A stretch of 64,000 nucleotides of DNA, taken from the NCBI RefSeq assembly GCF_006345805.1, contig NC_043007.1:52204001-52268000 (forward strand), given 5' to 3'. Each line of letters opens with the position of its first letter. Positions within the stretch are counted from its first letter, which is position 1. Under the pieces are notes generated by a model that saw nothing but the letters and a program-made list of their open reading frames with translations, was not told the origin of the DNA and searched no databases. The DNA is from Octopus sinensis. Taxonomy: Eukaryota. This document shows, in pieces, positions 53,472 through 64,000 of this stretch. The translations under genes were made by a program, and so were the position numbers.

Positions 53472-54511
53472 GGGATAGGAGGAGATGATAATGTGTGTAT
53501 CAAATCTAGCACTAAAACAGCAGAGTTTCTATGACCTACTTGTTGCCATTTAGTAGTAGTAATTATTGTAATAGTAGTAACTGTAGCTGTAGTAGCAGCT
53601 GTAGTAGTTATGTTGCTATGGAGACTGACAATGAGAGAGAGAGAGAGAGAGCAAGCTAGAAAATCAGAGAGATAGGGTAAGGAACACATGTACAAAATGA
53701 GGGGGAGGGAGGGGGAGATAGATAGAGAGACAGACAGCTGGACAGGAAGGTCAAATTCGGGTTTTTCTTCCTGCCTTCTCAATAGAGAGACAGCAACAAC
53801 AGAAGAGATAAGAGTGGTGGTTGTGGGGAAGGAGGTACTGCCAGCAGTAGTAGAAGCATTCTCTGTCCTCCTAAGACTGAAATTAGCATAAAATAGTGAT
53901 AGCAAGTAGAGTTATTGATGTGAAGCTTGATGCAGCATCATGTTTGCAGCTGCAGTTGCAGCACATTTAAAAGCTGCACATAATTAAAGCAATATAGCCT
54001 CAACAGGTCATAGTCACTGTACAGTACATGTGCACACACATGCACACAGCAATGTGCATCTGATTCAGAAGCAGTATTTTGTGAATGTATATTTAATTAG
54101 CTATGAATTATGTACAAGCATATATGCACACATACACATAGTTTACCATTCAAATATGTGCATGCACTCATGCAATATGTAAAAAAATACAAATAACTGG
54201 GTGAATGCAAACTGCAAATGCATACAACAAAATTGTGTAGACATAATGCATATGTGCATTCCATAGTGCACACAAATGCATTCATTAACAGAGGTACAGG
54301 TTCCAGAATACTCAATAACATTGGTGTTTACCAAAAACTTCTTTCTAGCTTGGTATAAAGCTGTAAGCAAGTTGAATGTCTTGTTTAATGTTTGTAATAA
54401 AATACACACGTTTGACCTGAGGTCATGTTTTGCATATCGTCATCATCATATGTGACATACTCCAAGTACACATGCTTGCACTCTCTCTTTCTGTGTGTTT
54501 ATGTGCATACA

Positions 54512-54555
<44 letters not shown>

Positions 54556-54717
54556 CGTATTTTTGCCATTTCAATATGGCTAACCCCTAAAGGTGGATGC
54601 TACTGTAGTTTTTAGCCCCAGGAGGACACACTCCTCCAGCTGGCCATAGACACACTTTCTGTGTCCTGTCAGTATCTGCAAAGGGAAGTCATCCTTCCCG
54701 TCTTCAACTTATGATAC

Positions 54718-54760
54718 ACACGGACTCGAGTTTCGAGGTATTGACCTCTCGTCAGCGTGT
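54718..54760 (-). ncRNA. Minimal type-I hammerhead ribozyme, copy 1
   Basis: Minus strand reads ACACG-CUGACGA-GAGGU(CAAU)ACCUC-GAAAC(UCGA)GUC-CGUGU: 5-bp stem I, canonical core, 5-bp stem II, short stem III with palindromic ACUCGAGU, GUC triplet; predicted cleavage between 54723 and 54722. Confidence 0.92.
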
Positions 54761-55070
54761 GACAATCATAGTTGTCGGCGAGAATTAGATTTCCTTCACA
54801 AATACTTATACTTTTTCCAGCGTCCACTGTCGCTGATATTGAAAAAGTGAAATCAAACAATGATAAATATCAAAGTGAGTTATATACAGTAGCGGTAACA
54901 CATCGTGACGTATTTTTGCCATTTCAATATGGCTAACCCCTAAGGGTGGATGCTACTGTAGTTTTTAGCCCCAGGAGGACACACTCCTCCAGCTGGCCAT
55001 AGACACACTTTCTGTGTCCTGTCAGTATCTGCAAAGGGAAGTCATCCTTCCCGTCTTCAACTTATGATAC

Positions 55071-55113
55071 ACACGGACTCGAGTTTCGAGGTATTGACCT
55101 CTCGTCAGCGTGT
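55071..55113 (-). ncRNA. Minimal type-I hammerhead ribozyme, copy 2
   Basis: Identical to 54718-54760, 353 nt away. Confidence 0.92.
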
Positions 55114-55422
55114 GACAATCATAGTTGTCGGCGAGAATTAGATTTCCTTCACAAATACTTATACTTTTTCCAGCGTCCACTGTCGCTGATATTGAAAAAG
55201 TGAAATCAAACAATGATAAATATCAAAGTGAGTTATATACAGTAGCGGTAACACATCGTGACGTATTTTTGCCATTTCAATATGGCTAACCCCTAAGGGT
55301 GGATGCTACTGTAGTTTTTAGCCCCAGGAGGACACACTCCTCCAGCTGGCCATAGACACACTTTCTGTGTCCTGTCAGTATCTGCAAAGGGAGGTCATCC
55401 TTCCCGTCTTCAACTTATGATA

Positions 55423-57774
<2,352 letters not shown>

Positions 57775-58889
57775 AAGGTGCTTCAGATGCAAGTATGGTT
57801 ACATGGTAAGAAGCTTGCTACACAGTCACATAATTCTGAGTTCAGTCCTAACTTGGCCAAGTGTCTTTTGCTATATAGTCTTGGGCTGTGAGTGGATTTA
57901 CTAGACAAAAACTGAAAGAAGCCAGTCATATATGTATATACATATGTATGTAAGGATGTATGTATGTATGTGTATGTGCTCCTGTCTTCTTGAATTGACA
58001 TCACATGATAGTTGGGTTATGGTTTTTGTTATCTGCAGTGGGTTATGGTTATTAGGATCTAGTAATTAAAAAGCATGAAGTGAAATTTTGCCACAAGTAG
58101 TTGATTTCCTACTTGATTGCTTGCATCCTCAACTCCTAATAGTTTTGTAGAAGTTATTGGGAGCTCTGGATAGACACATGGTGCTCTCAAATTGACACAG
58201 GGTAGTTGGGCAACATAAGGTCCCATCCATCTCCTAAATCCTTCATATGTGGCTGTAAGTGCTATCTTCAAGTAAACCACTTCAGCTAGTAGGCAAAATC
58301 ACATGATAGGGTGACGTCCAGGACAAAATCAACAACCAGAGCAGGAAAACTCTCAAACAGTGATAGATTGTGTTCATAACCAAAATGAGTAACTTAGATG
58401 GAGGAAATTAGCTGTAGCCAAACTTGGAGAGGGATAGGGTCTGCCAAATTTAGATGTTCAAAATATGTCATTTGAATGAATGAACCAAACTATACTATTG
58501 TCATCTTAAAAAGAATACAAATCTTTATTACTGAATGAAAATGCCTTACCACTAGAAAATTGTGTTGAGTATTGGGGAAGTGATTTATGCTTTAGTTCAT
58601 GAAGAGATGATAACTCAATAATGTCAACCATAGATAGGCTTCCATTTTCATCAAATAAACCTCTTTTCTAGATCCAAAAGTAACAAAATCAACTGAATGT
58701 TGGTCCTTTTTAAGGAAAACTCCAGTGTTTCTTTCCAATTTAAGTTTTTTGAATTCAATTCTAATGACTTCAAACAGCTTCCGATTGTGTCCTCTGAAAT
58801 AACTAGCTAAGATGATTTTTAATCTATTGATTCTTACTTAACTCAAGCATTGTATGTTGCTTGTATCAAGAGGAAACAAATATAAAATA

Positions 58890-59256
58890 ACTAGCAGTAT
58901 CGCCCGGCGTTGCTCAGGTTTGTAAGGGAAATAACTATAAAGCATTTTTAGAGAGTTATAGCCAAAAAATGGGAAAAAATGATGGTAAATTTTTTTTGAG
59001 AGTAAAAAAGGTGGAGTTGCGCCCCCTAGACGGTTTGTGTTTCTGATTCTCGACCCCATGTCGAATTTATCGATTTTTTTCAGAACTGGGGGAACTTTTC
59101 AAAATTTTCGCTGCGTTAGTTTTGAATCATGACATTGGGCTATGTGTGTGTCAAGTTTCATCAGAATCGGTTGAAAGCCGTGGTCAGGGTGAGGGTACAA
59201 GCAAACAGACACACAGAAACACGCACAGACAAACTGCCGTTTATATAGAGAGAGAT
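58890..59256 (+). mobile_element. Non-autonomous Helitron-like element (Lep1/HINE-like architecture)
   Basis: 5' ACTAGCAGTATCGCCCGGCGTTGCTCAGG; 3' AAGTTTCATCAGAATCGGTTG...AAACAGACACACAG...TTTATATAGAGAGAGAT; no TIR or TSD. Family assignment is from recall. Confidence 0.55.
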
Positions 59257-59664
59257 ATTGAATATGGAGAAATAGTGGATAGACCTTAAACAACAGTAAT
59301 ACCAAAGCAGCTGGAGGTACGATAGTTTGACCAAAAGAACTGGCTATTGCAAGCAAATAAATATTAAAAAACCGCATTTGGCCAAATTTGGACAACAGTT
59401 TAACATAATAGCAACAATATATATATATATAGATACACACACACACACACACACACGATGGTCTTCCTTCAGATTCTATCTGCCAAATCCACTCACAAGG
59501 CATTGGTTGGCCTGAGGTTATAATAGAAAACACTTGCCCAAAGTGCCATGAAGCGGGACTAGACTTAAGCTTCTTAACACACAGTCATACCCGAACCATA
59601 TACATATATAAATATATATATATATATGTACATACATTACATACATATATATATATATATATAT

Positions 59665-60008
59665 TGTTGGCAGTCTATCAGTGTCTGACGATGACAAAGT
59701 CTGTGATTTCAGAGATGAAAGTGCATGTGACTTTGCAGTCCAAAGTTGGAAGCACACAGGTGTTACAACAATAGTTTGTTGACTTGGATTGAACCAGACG
59801 CTGCCCTGTGATGTCTGTCTCCTGCAGCAATGAGAAGCTGTCGCTGGTCCTCTTCGAAGGTAGCTGCTGCTCATGAGGTGAGAAGCCACACTGAACTGTC
59901 CTCAACAGAGGCTTCAAGTTCATATGGACTAATGCTGCTCCATTTGAGTTTGTTTTTCAGGGTGTCCTTGTACCTCAGTTTAGGCCTTCCTTGTTCACAT
60001 GAGCTTGC
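59665..60008 (-). mobile_element. RTE (BovB-like) LINE 3' end
   Basis: Minus strand GRPKLRYKDTLK...EASVEDSSVW...AATFEEDQRQ...CCNTC, then a short 3' UTR ending in ...GACTGCCAACAA next to (TA)n. Confidence 0.7.
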
Positions 60009-60054
60009 CATAAAACAGCACACATACACACACACACACACACACATATATGCC

Positions 60055-60389
60055 GAGACCCCCTTTGGTCATGACTCACCATGGGATTGCACCCAGAAAA
60101 TTACCCTTCCAGACACAAGTCCAGGCAAAGTTGTTTATGGAAGACCAGCAGTCGCCCATGCATACCGGCCTCCCCTCTCCATGCCACCAGTGTTATCCAA
60201 GGGAAAGGCAAAGGCCGATACAGCTTGACACCTGTGACGTCGCAACTCATTTCTACAGCTGAGTGAACTGGAGCAACGTGAAATAAAGTGTCTTGCTCAA
60301 GAACACAACACGCAGCCCGGTCCAGGATTCAAACTCACAACCTCATGATTGTAAGCTTGATACTCTAACCACTGAGCCATGTGCTTTCA

Positions 60390-60390
<1 letters not shown>
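60055..60390 (-). mobile_element. Full-length tRNA-derived CORE-like SINE (family C)
   Basis: Head TGGCTCAGTGGTTAGAG (A box) and GAGTTTGAATCC (B box), followed by GTGTTCTTGAGCAAGACACT (CORE-like). Confidence 0.85.
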
Positions 60391-60436
<46 letters not shown>

Positions 60437-60473
60437 GCATATATACATGCATATATGTACATTAACATATATA

Positions 60474-60776
60474 CAGGGTGTCCCAAAAGTCACTGATGGG
60501 TTTCAATTTTTAATAACTTCCTTAGAAGTGGGGTTTCAAACTCTTGAGCATGTTATGGTGCAAGTTTTGGAAGAGCATGGACATGCAAAGCCAAAAATGG
60601 CTACTATTTAAGCAATATCATTTTTCATATATGATGTAGTGGTGTTGCAAAATTTGACTTGTGCATATTAATTTCCATTATGTCCTTTATATCGTATCAA
60701 AATTTCATGCATTTATTTGTAAAGTTAAGGAAGTTATTAAAAACTGAAACCCATTAGTTACTTTTGGGACACCCTG
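60474..60776. mobile_element. Tc1/mariner MITE, 303 bp
   Basis: 51-bp TIRs CAGGGTGTCCCAAAAGT... with 3 mismatches; TA on the left, TG(TA) on the right. Confidence 0.9.
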
Positions 60777-61334
60777 TGTATAAACGTTATTTGAAGTCAG
60801 GAACATGAAATGACACTTTGGGTCACCTTGGCCTACTCTAGTAATATAATTTGTGCCAACAAAATGGTTTGGGTAAAAAAACCCATTTAATTAAAATGAT
60901 GCTTGTGTTTCTGGAGGGGTAGATGGATGGGTAAACTCTTATCCTTGACCAATGTAAAAGAATATTGCACTTCCAATACCAACACCATTACCTCTTCCAT
61001 TTTGCTGCAGGAAATTATCCAATTAACAACCACCACCACAGCTACAACAATAACAGTAGCATTAAGTCAATGTTTGCCTGAATGCAGTTATTGACTAAAG
61101 AATTACAGTAAAACCAAATCTCCAATTATTGCAGCCTTTATTCTAGCAATGGAATAGCATTTCACACGTGTATGTGTGAGTGTGTGTGCGCACACACACA
61201 TATAAAATTAGGTGAAACAGTGAAAATATATATATACAGTGAAAGATAAAGAGAGGAATGAAAGAAACAGAGGAGAGAAAGGGAAGTATGTATATATATA
61301 TGTATGTATATATATATGTATGTATATATATATG

Positions 61335-61378
<44 letters not shown>

Positions 61379-62269
61379 CACACACACATAGAGAGAGAGA
61401 GAGAGATAACAAGAACAGAAGACAAAAGAGAAGAAATGGTCAACCTTGGAACAAACAAAATAGATTTTATGTCGTGCCAAATGGATGGCTTGAGTAAGCC
61501 TTCATTAATGCATGCCTATATATGTTTGTGTGTATGAGTGTAAATATGTGAAGGGATGTACAATTGGGTCTACAAACTAGTAAAAGATACTCAATACAGA
61601 AGTGTATGTACTTCTTGTAGTTCTCAGATTATTTGCTGTTGTAAAATTGGTTTATGATACATGTGGCATGGTGTTTATGATGTATATAACATGGTGTTTA
61701 TAGCAAAATATTTGAGTAATTAGTCATTGAATGCAAAATATAACTACTGAAAATAATTGAAAATAGTATAGAAGTCTATATAAGCCAGCCATACACCAAA
61801 ATCTCATCTAAGTAATAACAATGTTCAACTCAAACCATTTTCATTATTGGAGTTCTAAAAATGAAGAATGGGCAGCATTTTTAATGAAACACCAAGATAT
61901 GAATAAATAATGCATAAACTGTAAACCAGAGACAAAGCAAAATATTTCCATCACTGAAAATAATGGAAAATACTACAGAAGTATATATAGGCCAGCCAGA
62001 CAGAAGAAGCCACCAGCTTCCAGTCCAGCCATGTGCTCCAAGAAGTTCTTTCTGATGCATCTGGAGCTGCTGAAATGTAAATCTTACTGCTAACAATATC
62101 ATGTAACCCACCTTGATCAATAGCAGCCCAGTTTCCAGAAGCCATCTTGGGCTTCCTGTATCTCTTTATTCAGTTAACTGAGCCTGAATGAGCTAAGTTT
62201 CTGTAAGAAACCTGCAAAACTAAGGTATATGGAGCTGATCCAAATTGTTTAAATAATAATAATAATAAT

Positions 62270-62683
62270 TCTTTCGCCTAGAGGCACAAGGCCTGAAATT
62301 TTGGGGGAAGGGGCAAGTCGATTACATTGACCCTAGTACTCAACTGGTACTTAATTTATCAACTCTGAAAGGATAAAAGGCAAAGTCGACCTTGGCAGAA
62401 TTTGAACTCAGAACGTAGCAGCTGTTTAAATAATAATAATGATGATGATGGTGATAATGATGATAATAATAATAATACTTTCTACTATAGGCACAAGGCC
62501 TGAAATATTAGAGGAGGGTCTAAGCCAATTACATCAACACCAGTGTTTCACTAGTACTTAATTTATTGACCCCAAAAGGATGAAAGGCAAACTTCTCCTT
62601 GGCAGAATTTGAACTCAGAACATAAAGACAGATAAAATGATGCTAAGCATTTTGCCCAAGATGCTAACGATCCTGCCAGCTTA

Positions 62684-62690
<7 letters not shown>
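62270..62690 (-). mobile_element. Two tandem family-B SINEs
   Basis: Two copies separated by an (AAT)/(GAT)n spacer. Confidence 0.85.
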
Positions 62691-62721
<31 letters not shown>

Positions 62722-64000
62722 TAAAAATTCCCTTTACAACTACAGCTTTTGAGTTTATTGCACAGCACCTTGAGCAAGTATCTTCTGCTATAGCCCTAGC
62801 CTGACCAAAGCCTCGTGAGTGAATTTGGTCTTACATGTGTAAGACCAATTTGTTTAAAGCAGTGTCCCAGCAAGGCCACAGTCAAATGAGAGAAACAAGT
62901 AAAAGATAAATTATATAAATATATATAACACCATAACATTGTTATATAACTATATAGATAGCATATGCTGTTACTTAGATATACATTTATTATTGGTGTG
63001 ATATCTTGGCAGGTTATCTTTATTGAACGAAGGATATCAAATAGGTTGGTGTGGAGTTATAGGACATAGACATGTGTGCCCAATAGAATACATTCCAATG
63101 GAGAAACAGTGCTTGTATTGTCATTGTAATAATTTCCTTGAACAAGGTACTGGAAAACTTCAATGCTGCATGAGAGAGAGAGAAAGAGAGAGAGGGGGGA
63201 GAGGAAGGAAGGAAGTCAAAGGGGAAGAACTGTGAGTACCAAACTGGTTGAACTTGACAACTAGTTTAGTTGATTGAGATGCCAACATTGAATCTTACAG
63301 AAGAAATAAATCAATCAAAAAGTTACATTGATTTGCTTTCATTGTAAATGAATTATTTACAAATGTCTGGAATAGATTCCCTGTTGTTTCTCTTCCAATT
63401 ACAACCTGTTATTTAAGCAAACCTTCCATTATACCAATTATAAATCAATATTGTTGTGATCAATGACCAATGTCAGCTGAAATGTCATAAATGAAAATGA
63501 GTCTCTATATGGCCACCTGATTTTCTAGAAATAGCAGGCAAAAATCTTTCAAACTACACCCTACAGTCTTGCAAAGAGAAGGATATAAGATAATTAAATC
63601 CAGGCCATACACTGCCCCAGACAAGGATGAGATAGTCATGGCTAGAATGTTTTTGATGTAAGGGCTACTCAGTTTGAGATGACCTGATGCCTAGCAACAA
63701 CTCTTCTAGTTTAGTTACTGAAATTATTTTAGAATACAGAGAATATTAAGTATGAAGTAGAATAATTAAAATTTCATTGTGTTGACAATGTAATTGACCA
63801 AGTGAAAGCAAACCAGTTCTGACAACAGTCAGAAGACAAGCTCCTCTACAATAGCCTCAGGATGTTTTAAGGCAAACACAGAAACTCACCTCTTAGAAGC
63901 TTACTTCTCACCCAAAAGAAGCTCACCTCTCATTCACTAAAACCTTACTCTTATTCAATAATTTCTGGAGCAAATGAGACTCTCAACTTGCTAGAAATAG

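Larger units (their letters stand above)
54552..55422 (-). mobile_element. Tandem 353-bp hammerhead-ribozyme repeat (non-LTR retrozyme-like), about 2.46 units
   Basis: Units start at 54552, 54905 and 55258 (GTGACGTATTTTTGCC...), period 353; the duplicated ORFs 54669-54860 and 55022-55213 are identical. By eye only two substitutions differ between units. Flanked on both sides by (TA)n. Each full unit contains a hammerhead core on the minus strand. Confidence 0.88.

Noticed and set aside
54669-55213. Duplicated 63-aa ORF in the tandem units as a peptide gene
   Set aside because: Starts at a non-ATG codon, has no recognisable domain, and overlaps the ribozyme; better explained as a chance ORF.
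54552-55422. CRISPR array or HDV-like ribozyme interpretation
   Set aside because: Units are full 353-bp copies without unique spacers; I could not thread the HDV nested double pseudoknot through the GC-rich hairpin region.
59686-59735. CTGACGA...GAAA as a hammerhead
   Set aside because: Helices do not close; it is the antisense of an RTE 3' UTR.
60320-60390. tRNA gene
   Set aside because: A and B boxes are present but no complete cloverleaf; it continues into a SINE body.
61881-62145. Overlapping 64-79 aa minus-strand ORFs as a membrane-protein exon
   Set aside because: Several frames and splice options are equally plausible and no homology is recognised; cannot be supported.

Overview
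AT-rich animal genomic DNA, most likely from an octopod cephalopod. That origin is inferred from recalled SINE families and (TA)n/(TACA)n density and cannot be verified here. The window is mostly repeats: tRNA-derived SINEs, fragments of CR1, RTE, Tx1/L1 and R4-type retrotransposons, mariner/maT, hAT, piggyBac and Helitron-like DNA elements, and several kb of microsatellite. No complete protein-coding gene, rRNA, true tRNA gene or CRISPR array is supportable; only isolated candidate exons are seen. The main signal is a near-identical 353-bp head-to-tail repeat (54552-55422, about 2.5 units) embedded in (TA)n. Each full unit carries an intact minimal type-I hammerhead ribozyme on the minus strand (CUGACGA/GAAA/GUC, palindromic stem III), and the array's 5' edge lies 6 nt from the predicted self-cleavage site, as expected for a retrozyme-like element. 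Separate Penelope-like fold-back elements carry variant (CCGAnGA) or broken hammerhead motifs at about 3.3, 39.9, 40.7 and 50.1 kb.
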